Shown here in pieces: positions 1-14,409 of a stretch of 64,000 nt of DNA (its first letter is position 1; each line of letters starts with the position of its first letter). A model generated the notes under the pieces. The model was not told where the DNA came from. It was given only the letters and a program-made list of their open reading frames with translations, and made no database searches. Origin of the DNA: Eledone cirrhosa (lineage: Eukaryota); NCBI GenBank assembly GCA_964016885.1, contig OZ024742.1:102548001-102612000 (forward strand), given 5' to 3'. The translations under genes were made by a program, and so were the position numbers.

Positions 1-584
1 ATTATTTTCCATTTTTAAAAAAATTTCTAATTTAGAGAGAACACTTTTAGACCTTCACTTGTAATCAATTAATTCTTACTTAGTTATATCGTTAATTACG
101 GTATATTAGCTAATTAATTAGTTCTCACTGAGTTATAGAACACTCTCAGTAAATGATACTTCGTGTAGACAAATTAAGACACTCCCTGTGGAGTACATGT
201 GTGTATATTTCACACACACATACATATAGGGAGAGAAAAAGACGCATTCTGTGTATGTATATGTGTATGTATATGTATGTTCATGTGTATATATTTATGT
301 GCGTGTATGTAGGTGTGTCACTGCATTTCCACATTATTTAAGCATATGTGTGTGCATGTCTTATTAATATAAAATAATTGTGTCGATTACACACACATAC
401 ACACACATACACACACAGAGATGGAGAGAAGGAGAGACATTCAATGTTTGTGTGTGTGTATGTGTGTATGTGTGTATGTGTGTATGTGTATTTCCATATT
501 TTGCGGCATATGGGTGTATATCAATATAAAATTAACGTGTCTTTGCGCGGAAGGGAGAAAGATAGATATTGACTGTGCGTATGT

Positions 585-661
585 GTGTGCTTATCATTCT
601 GTGTCTTTGTGTGCCTGTGTGTGTGTGTGTGTGTGTGCTTATCATTCTGTGTCTTTGTGTG

Positions 662-695
<34 letters not shown>

Positions 696-1220
696 TATCA
701 TTCTGTGTCTTTGTGTGCCTGTGTGTGTGTGTGTGAGTGCTTATCATTCTGTATCTTTGTGTGCGTGTATGTGTGTGTGCCTGTATGTGTGTGTGCGTGT
801 GTGTGCGTGTGTGCGTGCGTGTGCGTGCGTATGTGTGTGCGTGTGTGTGTGTGCGCTTATCATTCTGTGTCTGTGTGTGTGAGTGTGTGTGTGTGCTTAT
901 CATTCTGTGTTTGTGTGTGAGTGTGTGTGTGTTTATGTGTGTGCGCTTATCATGCTGTGTCTGTGTGTGAATGTGTGTGTGTGCTTATCATTCTGTGTTT
1001 GTGTGTGTGTGCGTGTGTGTGTGTTTATGTGTGTGTGTGCTTATCATTCTGTGTTTGTGTGTGTGTACGTGTGTGTGTGTTTATGTGTGTGTGTGCTTAT
1101 CCTTCTGTGTCTGTATGTGTGTGAGTGTGTGTGTGTGTTTATCATTCTGTGTTTGTGTGTGTGTATGTGAATGCGTGTATGTGTGTTTATGTGGTGTGTA
1201 CTTATCATTCTGTGTTTGTA
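585..1220. repeat. Compound minisatellite: GCTTATCATTCTGTG anchor with variable (GT)n
   Basis: About 12 anchor copies separated by GT tracts of differing length. Confidence 0.9.
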
Positions 1221-1511
1221 TGCGTGTGTGTGTGTTTATGTGTGTGCATGTGTATGTTTCCCTATATTTGCTATATATGTGTGTATGTCACTGTACTAAT
1301 GTGCGGCTGTTACAGCCCCCCCCCCCCCGTCTCTCGACACTCACCTACTTATCTGTTTCATGTGTGTCTCACCTTCAGTCGTTTGATCGCAAACACACAC
1401 ATATACAATACATATATATGCATACACACACACACGTATAGATATAGATATACATACCCACATATATATACACACACATATATATATAAATATATATATA
1501 TACACACACAC

Positions 1512-1555
<44 letters not shown>

Positions 1556-1700
1556 CCATACATATATATATATACATATCCACACATATATATATACACA
1601 CACACATAAATATACATATATATATATATACACACACACACACATATATATCTACATACCCACATATTATATATACACACACACATATATATACACACAC

Positions 1701-1735
<35 letters not shown>

Positions 1736-1776
1736 TATATATATATATACATACCCACATATATATATACACACAC

Positions 1777-1821
<45 letters not shown>

Positions 1822-2323
1822 TATATATATATATGTGCATGTATGCATATATGCATATATATATATATATACACACATACATATCTACATATATATATAT
1901 ACACATATATACCTACATATATATCATATTTAATGTGTGGTGTGTATAAATAAGAAATCTTTTTTAAAAAATCCATAAATACACGTGTATTAATAGACAC
2001 ATGCACACACACACACACACTCACATTCACACACAGACACATTCACACACACTCACATTCACACACAGACACATCAACACACACTCACATCCACACACAC
2101 ACACATTCACACACAGACACAATCACACACAGACACGTCCACGCACATACACATACACACACACACACTCACTCATCTATTCAACTATAAACATATATAT
2201 AAATATATATATATATATATAATCATTAAACTTATGTAATAAGTGCCTGATAAAAAATCCATATACACACATGTACTAACACACAGACACGCACACACAC
2301 CACACCACACGTACCACACCACA

Positions 2324-2360
<37 letters not shown>

Positions 2361-2613
2361 AGATACACTTTCTCTCTTCTCTCTATCTTACACACTCTCT
2401 CTCTCAGTGGTTAAACAAAGAAAATATTCCGGAATACAGCTAGCCATGTTTGGGATATATAAGCAATAAAGACTGTACAGTATTGTCTGTGTTGTGTAGG
2501 ATAGGGGGTGGCGGCGGGGAGTGCAGTAAGGGTGCAGCAATCTGCATCAGCAGCAGCAACAATCACCAACACCACCATCGCCATCACTAACGCTACGGCC
2601 TCCTTCGCCTTCT

Positions 2614-2657
<44 letters not shown>

Positions 2658-2694
2658 TCTTGAACTGAACCCTTTTCCTCCTCTCTGAACCCTT

Positions 2695-2755
<61 letters not shown>

Positions 2756-2792
2756 TCTTGAACTGAACCCTTTTCCTCCTCTCTGAACCCTT

Positions 2793-2865
<73 letters not shown>

Positions 2866-3351
2866 AATGAAAAACGAAGCTGCAATGCCTTACAAAGCCT
2901 ACTTGGCAAGCTGATGACACTCATTGATAAAAAGGGGCTGTAATAATCTGATAAACTAGGGTCGTCGTGGCAACGAACGAACAAACCGGCAGTTGTGGTA
3001 GCGGTGGTGGCGGTGGTGGTGGTGGTGATGGTGGCTGGCTGGTTTTCCGGGCTGGCGGATGGGTCTGTCAGGCTGGCTGGTTTGGCAGGCTACTTGATTG
3101 GCTGGCTGGCTGGTTTGCTGGCTGGCTGGTCCGTTGGTTGGCTGGCTTGCTGGTCTTGGGCTTGATAGTTGGTCTGTGGGCTAGTTGGCTGGACTTTGGG
3201 TTAGTTGGCTGGGCTTTGGGTTAATTGGTAGGCCTGTAGGCAGGTTGGCTGGCCTTTGGGCTGGCTGACTGGTCTGTGGGCTGGCTGATTGACTGGCCCG
3301 TTGGTTGATTGGTTGGTTGATGGGTCGTCTCTTCAATGTTCGTTCCCCTCA

Positions 3352-4226
<875 letters not shown>

Positions 4227-4470
4227 TGCACAGACATACATACACCCGCCATTTGGGATTACAGCAGTCCTACAACTAACTGATCCTGCTGGGACATTAC
4301 AACGGGAAATGAAATATAAGGGAGCTGGATGGAGAGGGACTCTCTCTCCCCTTTTCTCCTTCCACTTCTCTTTCTCTCAAAGTATTTATCTATCTATTTA
4401 TCTCTTTTTCCCTGTCTTTCTCACCCAATCTCTCTCTCTATCTCTTTCCCCCTCTTTCTCACACAACCTC

Positions 4471-4533
<63 letters not shown>

Positions 4534-4665
4534 GTCTATCTATCTATGTCTCTTTCATTTTCTCTTCTCTACTCTTCCGGGCGGACGTACTGTTATTATG
4601 AAATCACCATTATCATAATTATCATCGTCATTGACATCTTCGATATCGTTATTGCCACCGTCATT

Positions 4666-4781
<116 letters not shown>

Positions 4782-5351
4782 GAGACCCAAACAAAATGTT
4801 TCCAATTGGTTTCAAGGCCACTCACTTTTTTTTGCTTGGGTGTGGTCTGATCGACTGAAACAACCCCAGCGTATTACTGGTGTTGATTTTACAACCCATC
4901 ATCTCTGCATGAATGGTTGAACGTGTGAGGAATTTGAACTCGCAACATAAAGACACAGAAATGGAATGGAATGAAGTAGATCTCAGGTCGGTTGTTTGAT
5001 CAACGGAACAGCTTGCATGTATAACGTGTAAGTGACTGGGCATTTCAAAAATACGTGTACCCTTAACGGCTGGCTCCTTGAATTACTGGTACAGTCCATC
5101 CGACGGGCTTCCAAACCTACCGTCAACCCAATTTCACTCACAAGGCTTAGGACGACTCAGTGTTATGGTAAATGACACAGTGGGATTGAACCTAATTGTG
5201 AAGCGAACTTCCTAACCATTCGGCCATGTTTTGTCCAAACAAAATGGCTGAATAGAAGTAAATATATCACAAGACTTTAGGTTAGGATATTTTACATTTT
5301 GGGGTTTTTTTTAAAAAAATCATTTTATAATAATTACGATTATTTTTACTA

Positions 5352-5515
5352 TACAAGGGTCGGTTGAAAAGTTCATATGCTGACCAAGATACTCTAATGG
5401 AATGTGATCAAATGGGGTTTATTTCTCAACATAGTCCTCTTTGTGGTTCACACACTTCCTCCATCGGTGTTGCAGTGCTTGGATCCGATTCGTGAAGAAG
5501 CTTTCATCCTGTTTG
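5352..5515 (-). mobile_element. Mariner transposon 3' end
   Basis: The minus strand encodes QDESFFTNRIQALQHRWRKCVNHKEDYVEK*, then a TIR ending CCCTTG-TA. Confidence 0.85.
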
Positions 5516-6041
5516 TAAAAAAAAGTCACACATTTCATGAGAGGAATATAGTCATGACATTAAGCAAAATAAACACATGCTAAGGGCATAAAGTAAAGAA
5601 GTATCATTTGATTTAAATTAAATATATTTGTCATTTCAGCAGTAAAGAAATTGTCACGTCCTTGACAAAATTAAAGTGTCTTCTCAGCCCAACGTTGTCT
5701 CTGCGCACCAACCACTTTATAGACTGCAGGGTGCTTTTTAGTGTGGCGCCAATACTTGAGGGATTGCCTTGTCCCCTACAACACACGAGGGCTGGATTAA
5801 CCATTAAGTAAAACAAGCTCATGTTTTGAACATCAAAGAACAGGGGAACAATTTTATTCAGATTAAATGTAATTTTTCATGCCTGGTACTTATTTTATTT
5901 ATCTCTTTTTCTTGAACAATTATACGCGGCGTAATCAGTAAACGTAAACACTCACTTATATATACATACATATATATATATACATACATACATACATACA
6001 TACATACATACATACATACATACATACATACATACATACAT

Positions 6042-6109
<68 letters not shown>

Positions 6110-6164
6110 ACGCTGTAAATGTGGCCGTGTAGGCAACACGGTAAAAACCTCCCAGCCCCACACT

Positions 6165-6330
6165 GTAAATGTGGTTGGTGTTAGGAAGGGCATCCAACTG
6201 TAGAAAACCCGCCAGACAGTCCTATGCGAGCAAGACAACCACTCTTGCCTCAAGTGGGACTACCCCCGTCCAAACCCATGCAAGCGTGGAACACGGACGC
6301 TAAACCTGATGATGATGATGATGATGATGA
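6165..6330 (+). mobile_element. SINE/LINE 3' fragment with (GAT)n tail
   Basis: GTTGGTGTTAGGAAGGGCATCC..CCCATGCAAGCGTGGAA..GGACGCTAAA followed by (TGA)n. Confidence 0.6.
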
Positions 6331-6332
6331 TA

Positions 6333-6385
<53 letters not shown>

Positions 6386-6389
<4 letters not shown>

Positions 6390-6539
6390 GTGTTTCCCGG
6401 CACCGAAGAAGCTTCGTCCTCGAGGACGCACCCTCATGTTGACAACCAAAGATTTGAAAAAAGAAAATAAATAAACAAGCTTCGGCCCCCAGGACGCATG
6501 GTAGATTTTTGAGACTTATTTTTTTGGAAAAAAGTAGCG

Positions 6540-6545
<6 letters not shown>
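6386..6545. mobile_element. pogo/Tc2-like MITE lacking the right TIR, in (TA)n
   Basis: Homologous to 29718-29840. Confidence 0.72.
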
Positions 6546-6592
<47 letters not shown>

Positions 6593-7111
6593 TAAATATT
6601 GGTCAAATTGAGGCTATAGTGGGATAGTAAGGTACACGCTGGAACTGAATTCGAAGTCGTGTGGTTGCGAAGCGAACTCCTTAATCACACAGCCAATCCT
6701 GCACAACCATATTCTAACATTTAATAGAAATTTTTAGCAGATTATATTGATGTAGTAGTCTTATTAATCACCAGTATAGCAGCAGAGTTATAGAAGTTGT
6801 AATGTAATAGTTATAGCGCCATGAGTAACCAGTTCGGTAGAAAGATATGATAGGAATATCACCAAGAAGAATTATCATGATGTTGTATTCGTTGTAAGTG
6901 GAAAGGTGTGTTAATAACATCACAAAACTTTACGATGTTTTACATTATTTATTAACAAAGATTGAGCTGAGTAGAGCTGGCATGCCAAGACAAATGAAAA
7001 CAACGAATTAAGATTTCAGAAGGCACGGTCTACTGGCTGAAGTGTTGCCAGACCTTGGTTATATTGTTGTTACATATTGGCTAGTGATTTCACGGCGAAA
7101 GAAAAATAGTT

Positions 7112-7230
7112 GTTTACCTTAGCGCGGTCGAGCTGCAAGAGAGAGATTTTTTGAGCTGACGCGGGAATTTTTCCCTCGGAGCGCGTAGAGATACATTCTC
7201 CTCCGCTGGCGGTCATTGGCTGGGCTGAGC
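7112..7230 (-). promoter_or_regulatory. Possible promoter and short first exon
   Basis: CpG-rich patch. The minus strand reads CCAAT, TTCCCGC, a pyrimidine run CTCTCTCTT, then AAG|GTAAAC (donor-like). Confidence 0.3.
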
Positions 7231-7399
7231 CAAATAACGCACGGAGAATGTATATGAGCCCGCGGAATGTAGGTCACTACAATTAATTCGTAACATGGAC
7301 TCATAATTCCTGATGGAGTTTTAGATGCACCGTCATGACATACAGAGTGTCTCGGACATTTTAAACCTGGCGACGCCCATCCCCTCTCCAGGTTTGAAC

Positions 7400-9330
7400 A
7401 CCAGTTTCTTTCACAGAAAGAGATATAGAGAAATGCGAAACAGATATTGAGAAAAAATCGATCACAGTACTGGGCTGGTACTTTCTTATAGACTTCGAAA
7501 AGATGAAAGGAAAAGTCAATCTTGGTGGGTTCTGAACTCAAAGAGCGCAGAGAGCCGAAACGAATAATGCAAAGCATTCTATCAGACGTTCTAACAACTC
7601 TGCTGATTTGTCACCTTTAATTTCTAATATACTATACAATAAAATGATGCAATATTCTCAAAATGGCCCTGAAATTTGGGAACATTCAACAAACACCTAC
7701 AGTGTGAAGGTTCGTTACATACTGGTTAGGGTGTTGGGCTTACGATCGGAAGGCCGTGTGTTCAATTGAAACTGAAACAAAAACATTAAAATTTTTCACT
7801 TAAATTTTTCAACCAATTGCTTCAAATGTAGACAAAATATATATCTATACACTTCAAATGTATTTAAGTAGAAATATATATCTATACACTTCAAATATAT
7901 TTAAGTAGAAATAATGTAGTGTGGCTAAAGGTCCCACATAACCCAAATCAGATTATCATTAAAACACCCATACACACAAATAATGATTTCTACTATAGGC
8001 ACAAGGCCTACTATTTGAGAGAGGGGAAAAGTCGATTAAGTCGACCCCAGTACATTACTGGTGTTTTATTTTATCGACCCCGTAAGGATGAAGGGCAAAG
8101 CTAAACTCGGCGGGATTTGAACTCAGTACGTAAAGGGTCATAACTATGTGCTACAAAGCATAGCGTCTGACGCTCTACCGTACTGCCAACCCACTACCCT
8201 CCCATGCGCACAAATAATAACAAATGGTTTTGTTTTAGGCAGAACGTAAAGCGCCATAACAAATACAGCAATTACATTTTATTAATGAGTCTACTATTTA
8301 CCACCATGTGTGATTAAAAAATATTGATTTCTTATTTTGGCACAAGGCCAAAATATTTGGAGAAGAGCAAAGTTGATTAAATCAACCCAAGTACTTGACT
8401 GATACTTTATTTTATCGACCCTGGAAGGTTGAAAGGCAAAGTTGAACTCGACGAGATTTGAACATTGATGGTTTCTAACATGCACAAAATCAGAAATTTG
8501 GAGGGGGAAAACAAGGTCGATTATATCGGCGCCAGTACTTGACTGGTACTTTATTTGATCGATCTTCTGAAGGGTGAATGACAAAGTTGTCCTCGGCGGG
8601 ATTTGAACTCATAATGTAACGACCCAAAACAAATATTGCAATGACAGTTTAACCGACACTCTACTGATTCTGCCAATCCTCAACACTGGCCATTTTAAAG
8701 ATATTAAAATATGTAAACTGAATGAGATAATGAAGAAGATTAATAGAGCTATCAATCATTTTATCATCAACAATATAAATGAAACAAAAAATTTGCTGGA
8801 TACAACAAATGAGATATGCCTGAAGGATACACGTAGAAGATTCAGTAATTATCATATTTACTGTGCAAACCATCAATAATAATAATAATGAGTTCTAATA
8901 AAGGCACAAGGCCAGCAATTGGGGGGGGGGGGGACGATTAAATCGAACCAGTGCTTTACTGGTACATTATTTTATCAACCCCGTAAGGATGAAAGGCAAA
9001 GCTGACCGCGGCGGGATTTGAACTCAAAACTTAAAGGACCGTAACTCTATGCCGCAAAGCATGCTGTTCAACGCTCTACAGATACTATCAATCTACCTCA
9101 CTCTAATAATGGTTTCTGATTTAGGCACAAGGCCAACAATTTTTGGGTGGGGTGGGAGGTGGGGGTGGGCGATTAAATCAACCCCCAGTGCATTACCGAT
9201 ACTTTATTTCATCGACCCCGTAAAGATGAAAGACAAAGTTAACCTCGGCAGGATTTGAACACAGAATGTTAAAGAGCCGTAATTTAATACTGCAGTGAAT
9301 TTCACCCAACGTTCTAGCAATTCCAACAAC
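7400..9330 (-). mobile_element. Cluster of about six copies of the same SINE family
   Basis: Copies at ~7400-7620, 7983-8198, 8325-8465, 8468-8690, 8887-9100 and 9108-9330. Confidence 0.8.
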
Positions 9331-9905
9331 TTTCAAGTAATACTAGCTCAACGAGAATTCGGTAACATTGAGCTGATTTCTTTAATGGAACTTGTATAAG
9401 AAAAAAGTATCTTTGTCACCAAATCCTTAACATCACTACCTCCTATGTCTCTTAACTTTTAAGATTCATAAGAATTCATAAGGTTTATCTTCCACTCCTT
9501 TCTAAGATATTTCCGTTTTGCTGTCTAAACAACCCTTTAGCTCTGCTGATAAGAAATATTTATATATATAGATTTTAATACTTACATAGTCGCTACACCT
9601 GCCAGTGATGTGGAAGGGAGAAGGGCGTGTAGATTCGCTGATTATTATGTTGCCCCTGGGGATGAGTTTCGTTGATACACTTCTGACGCTCGACAACGCA
9701 GGATCAACTGAACGATAGCATAAACTACAGTTTTCTAACATCCTGCGGCATCTCGGAAAACAACAACAATAATAATTTTATTTGACACAAAGGCTCATAC
9801 CGCAAATAGCTCTGTTCTATACATAGAGCACTCTTTTTTCCTTTGCTTTTTCTTCGGAAATATTTAACACACACACACTTACACACGTACACACACACAC
9901 ACACG

Positions 9906-9936
<31 letters not shown>

Positions 9937-10059
9937 AAGGCTTCTTTGTTTATTTTTATAATTTTTCGGCTCTGTTGGATTACATTGAGCTATATCTTAT
10001 ACTGTCATTTCTCTAATACGACGAGTGTTTAACTCCAATGCACTCAAGTATTTTAATCT

Positions 10060-10098
<39 letters not shown>

Positions 10099-10218
10099 TC
10101 ATATATATAATCAGGCTCCATCTCGTTATCCAGCATATTGGTTTCACAGAGTTTAGGTTTATGAACCCAAGCTAGCATATTTCAATGTTATTCATATAAC
10201 ATTATAAAACTAATATAT

Positions 10219-10408
10219 GGCGGTGGATTGGCAGTATCGGTAGAGGCTCGGACGCCATGCTTTGACACATAGAGTTACGGCCCTTGCCATTCTGAGTTCA
10301 AATCCCGCCGAGGTTAACTTTGCCTTTCATCTTTACGGGGTCGATAAAATAAAGTACCAGTAATGCGCTGGGTAATTGCTGGCCTTGTGCCAAAAGTAGA
10401 AACAATTA
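10219..10408 (+). mobile_element. tRNA-derived SINE, full copy (Meta-domain-like core)
   Basis: A-box-like TGGCAGTATCGG, B-box GAGTTCAAATCC, core TTTGCCTTTCATC..GGGGTCGATAAAATAAAGTACCAG, and tail GGCCTTGTGCC..AGAAACAATTA. Confidence 0.88.
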
Positions 10409-10507
10409 TAAAACTAATATAAAGCTCTCTTTCCTTAAAAATTTCCGAAACATTTCATACTTCATAGATCGGGCAAGATTTTTTCTTGGCTTGAAATGAA
10501 TACACCT

Positions 10508-10770
10508 CACAGGTGGGCTACTCAAGTGTTTGACTCGACCCCACACCACCACACAGGTGGGCTACTCAAGCGTTTGACTCGACCCCACACCACCACACAG
10601 GTGGGCTACCCAAGTGTTTGACTCGACCCCACACCACTACACAGGTGGGCTACTCAAGCGTTTGACTCGACCCCACACCACCACACAGGTGGGCTACCCA
10701 AGTGTTTGACTCGACCCCACACCACCACACAGGTGGGCTACTCAAGTGTTTGACTCGACCCCCCCCCCAC
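10508..10770. repeat. 44-bp minisatellite, 6 copies
   Basis: Unit CACAGGTGGGCTACTCAAGTGTTTGACTCGACCCCACACCACCA starts at 10508, 10552, 10596, 10640, 10684 and 10728. Confidence 0.95.
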
Positions 10771-11002
10771 CTACACACACATTGTGTAAACTCAACAATT
10801 ACAAACATGTAAAACAAGCACAGAGGACAATTACAAAAAGTGTTATTAGGTTCACATTAGCATGAAACGAAAAAAAAGAAATTGTCTTTAACGTATTGGA
10901 CGTTAGTCTTTCATCAGGAAAGTGTGGGAGATCAGTTACGGTGTATATATATATATATATATATATTACCTTTACTACGGAAATACTTAACACACACACA
11001 TA

Positions 11003-11082
11003 CTTTCATCCTTACGGGGTCGATACAATAAAGTACCAGTAATACACTTGGTAATTGCTGGCCTTGTGCCAAAAGTAGAAAC

Positions 11083-11087
<5 letters not shown>
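11003..11087 (+). mobile_element. SINE 3' half
   Basis: Core and tail only. Confidence 0.8.
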
Positions 11088-11123
<36 letters not shown>

Positions 11124-11470
11124 GTAGGAGGTGAGTTTTATTGTAGTACAATAAAGCAATGCAGATATCGAATAAGAAGCACTCTACAGTTTGTAGGACT
11201 GGAGTATACATAATATAAGATCAAAAGATGGTTAAAGGAGTTCCATGTATTTTATTATGCGCATTTCAAAAACAAACATCATCATGCAATAATATTTGTG
11301 TTTTCATCAGATAAAACAGGAGAACATGATATGAAGGCTAAAAAACACTTGTGGATAGTGCAGTTTTAAATCAACATATGTAATAAGAAGAGTCAGTACC
11401 CCGACGGCTGAGCTCCAGCCGTTTCAACACACACACATATATATGTATATGTGTGTGTAGGTGCGCGTAG

Positions 11471-11543
<73 letters not shown>

Positions 11544-11601
11544 TCGCATATATGTTATAGAATACTATTAGCTTCTCGCTAAAACAATTTCTATACCTTT
11601 C

Positions 11602-11658
<57 letters not shown>

Positions 11659-11673
11659 TTTTAATATAGATGA

Positions 11674-11722
11674 GATTCTACAGGACTAGAACTGTTTCAT
11701 TCTTTAGAAATCATCAGGAATC
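11674..11722 (-). ncRNA. Type I hammerhead ribozyme motif (family A) within the 11656-11778 palindrome
   Basis: GATTC-CTGATGA-tTTCtaaaGAAt-GAAA-CAG-ttctagtc-CTG-TA-GAATC. All three stems pair and the core is intact. Confidence 0.8.
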
Positions 11723-11775
11723 ATTTCTAAAGAATGAAACAGTTCTAGTCCTGTAGAATCTCATCTATATTAAAA

Positions 11776-11850
<75 letters not shown>

Positions 11851-12099
11851 ATATATATACATTCATACATACATACATTTATAGATACATATAGACAGAC
11901 AAGCATATATATAGGTACCCGCAGATGTAGTTCTAAATTTATTTCCACGGAGTTTCGTACAGTTTTCCATGAAAACCATCCGAGACCATCTGCTACCTTT
12001 TTCTTTAAGTTCTTTAAACAGTAGAGTATATTATAGGAGAGTTGCTACCTCTGGCATGTCGGCTGACCCTCTAGTGGTGTTGTTCATAGCTGGCGTGTG

Positions 12100-13097
12100 T
12101 TGTGGTAGTGGTGGTGGTGGTGGTGGTGGTGGTGGTGGTTGTGGTGGTGGTGGTGGTGGTGGTGGTGGTGGTGGTGGTGGTGATAGTGGTGGTGGTGGTG
12201 GTGGTGGTGGTAGTGGTGGTGGTGGTGGTAGTGGTGGTGGTGGTGGTGGTGGTGGTGGTGGTGGTGGTGGTGGTGGTGGTGGTGGTGGTGATGGTAGTGG
12301 TGGTGATGGTAGTGGTGGTGGTGGTGGTGGTGGTGGTAGTGGTGGTGATGGTGGTGGTGGTGGTGGTGGTAGTGGTGGTGATGGTGGTGATGGTAGTGGT
12401 GGTGGTGGTGATGGTGGTGGTGGTGATTGTGGTGATGGTGGTGGTGGTGATGGTGGTGACGGTGATGGTGGTGATGGTGGTGGTGATGGTAGTGATGGTG
12501 GTGGTGGTGATGGTGGTGATGGTGGTGGTGGTGGTGGTGGTGGTGATGGTAGTGATGGTGGTGGTGGTGATGGTGGTGATGGTGGTGGTGGTGGTGGTGA
12601 TGGTAGTGATGGTGATGGTAGTGATGGTGGTGGTGGTGATGGTGGTGATGGTGGTGGTGGTGGTGGTGGTGGTGATGGTAGTGATGGTGGTGGTGGTGAT
12701 GGTGGTGATGGTGGTGGTGGTGGTGGTGGTGATGGTAGTGATGGTGGTGGTGGTGATGGTGGTGATGGTGGTGGTGGTGGTGGTGGTGGTGATGGTAGTG
12801 ATGGTGATGGTAGTGATGGTGGTGGTGGTGATGGTGGTGATGGTGGTGGTGGTGGTGGTGGTGGTGATGGTAGTGATGGTGGTGGTGGTGATGGTGGTGG
12901 TGGTGGTGGTGGTGATGGTAGTGATGGTGATGGTAGTGATGGTGGTGGTGGTGATGGTGGTTATGGTGGTGGTGGTGGTGGTGGTGGTGATGGTAGTGAT
13001 GGTGGTGGTGGTGATGGTGGTGATGGTGGTGGTGGTGGTGGTGGTGGTGATGGTAGTGATGGTGGTGGTGGTGGTGGTGATGGTAGTGATGGTGATG
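12100..13097. repeat. (GGT)n array with GAT/AGT higher-order units
   Basis: Recurring GATGGTAGTGATGGTGGTGGTGGT. Confidence 0.95.
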
Positions 13098-13144
13098 AGT
13101 GTAGGAACAGTTGTGATGGAGTGAGATATAGTTGGGATAGGTTT

Positions 13145-13556
13145 GATGATTAGCAGTATCTGTAGAGCGTCGGACACCTGCTTTGCAACATTGAGTACGG
13201 CCCTTTACGTTCTGAGTTCTAGTCCGGCCGAGGTTAGATTTTCCTTTCATCCTTACGGGGTCGATAAAATAAAGTACCAGTAACGCACTGGGGTGGATTT
13301 AATCCACTTTCCCCCTCCCCTTCAAATGGCCTTGTGCCTAAAGTAGAAACAATTATATGTACGAAGGGCGGTGGATTGGCAGAATCGGTGGAGGGTCGGA
13401 CGCCATGCTTTGCAGCATAGAGTTACGTCCCTTTACGGTCTGAGTTCAAATCCCGCCGAGGTTAACTTTGCCTTTCATCCTTACGGGGTCGATAAAATAA
13501 GTACCAGTAATGCACTGAGGTAATTGCTGGTCTTGTGCCAAAAGTAGAAACAATTA
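13145..13556 (+). mobile_element. Two tandem SINE copies
   Basis: 13145-13355 and 13367-13556. Confidence 0.85.
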
Positions 13557-13560
13557 TATG

Positions 13561-13744
13561 TACGAGGGTAGGCTGAAGTTTATAGGCTGACTATAAAGGA
13601 GTGATGCTAGAGCTGTGAAATTTTGCTTGCATTAATTTCAACTCTTCTTATTAATAACTGCATTGTTTCTTTCCAGCGACTATGTTGAAAAATAGTATCT
13701 TGGTCATCCTATGAACTTTTCAGCCTATGATCTTTTCAACCCTC

Positions 13745-13747
<3 letters not shown>
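13561..13747. mobile_element. Mariner-derived MITE
   Basis: TA-CGAGGGT...ACCCTCG termini. Interior matches 5352-5435 and 38729-38880. Confidence 0.8.
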
Positions 13748-13820
<73 letters not shown>

Positions 13821-13824
<4 letters not shown>

Positions 13825-13997
13825 GTAGAACACTGGAAGGTAATATCCGTAGTGGTAGAGCACTCAGTCCAAGGGACGAGTTAGGTAGAAGTGATTACAC
13901 AAGTTAGTTCACCATACCGAGAACAATTGTTTCACCTTAGCCGATCTTCAGCTCGGGATTCCCGAGCTGAAGATCCACTAAGGTGAAACAATTGTTC
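13821..13997 (-). mobile_element. Penelope-like terminal repeat family B, with hammerhead (13917-13956) and inverted partial copy
   Basis: CCGAG-CTGAAGA-N11-GAAA-CAATTG-TT-CTCGG with a palindromic stem III. Abuts (TA)n. Confidence 0.7.
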
Positions 13998-14316
13998 TGG
14001 AGTCTTATTTTAAAAAAAAAGATATATATTTATTTGGTTCCTTTACCGGTTTCGCAGTTCTGCTTTTCAAAAGTAGAGTTGAGATGGAGGGTCTGTGGTT
14101 TTTCTCACAGATGTGAGAAAAACCACAGACCCTCCTCACAGACCCTCCTCACAGACCCTCCTCACAGATGTGAGAAAAACCGGTAAAGGAACCAAATAAA
14201 TATATATATTTAAAAAAAAATAAGACTCCAGTTGCATTTTCGATTTCATCTTTTTTTCTTTATACTTTCACTCGTGTAGGACACCTCGGTTATTTTTCAT
14301 TTTGTAAAAAAACCAC

Positions 14317-14323
<7 letters not shown>
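13997..14323. mobile_element. Fold-back family C copy
   Basis: Inverted arms around CTCACAGATGTGAG. Same sequence as 30068-30556 and 40498-40771. Confidence 0.7.

Positions 14324-14409
<86 letters not shown>

Noticed and set aside
585-1220. CRISPR-like anchor plus variable spacer pattern
   Set aside because: The spacers are only (GT)n, the context is eukaryotic, and there are no cas genes.
2654-2796. 45-bp unit duplicated between (TC)n tracts
   Set aside because: Ordinary slippage or unequal exchange between microsatellites.
5630-5810. Possible host coding exon after an acceptor-like TTTCAG
   Set aside because: No recognisable protein or clear donor. The same holds for 2410-2610, 45000-45200 and 56800-57050.
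10508-10770. Possible CRISPR array
   Set aside because: The units are contiguous with no unique spacers.
10880-10925. Hammerhead at the minus-strand CTGATGA
   Set aside because: The GAAA box is missing. At best it is a decayed relic. The CTGATGA hits near 11305 and 29665 (both minus strand) are similarly unconvincing.
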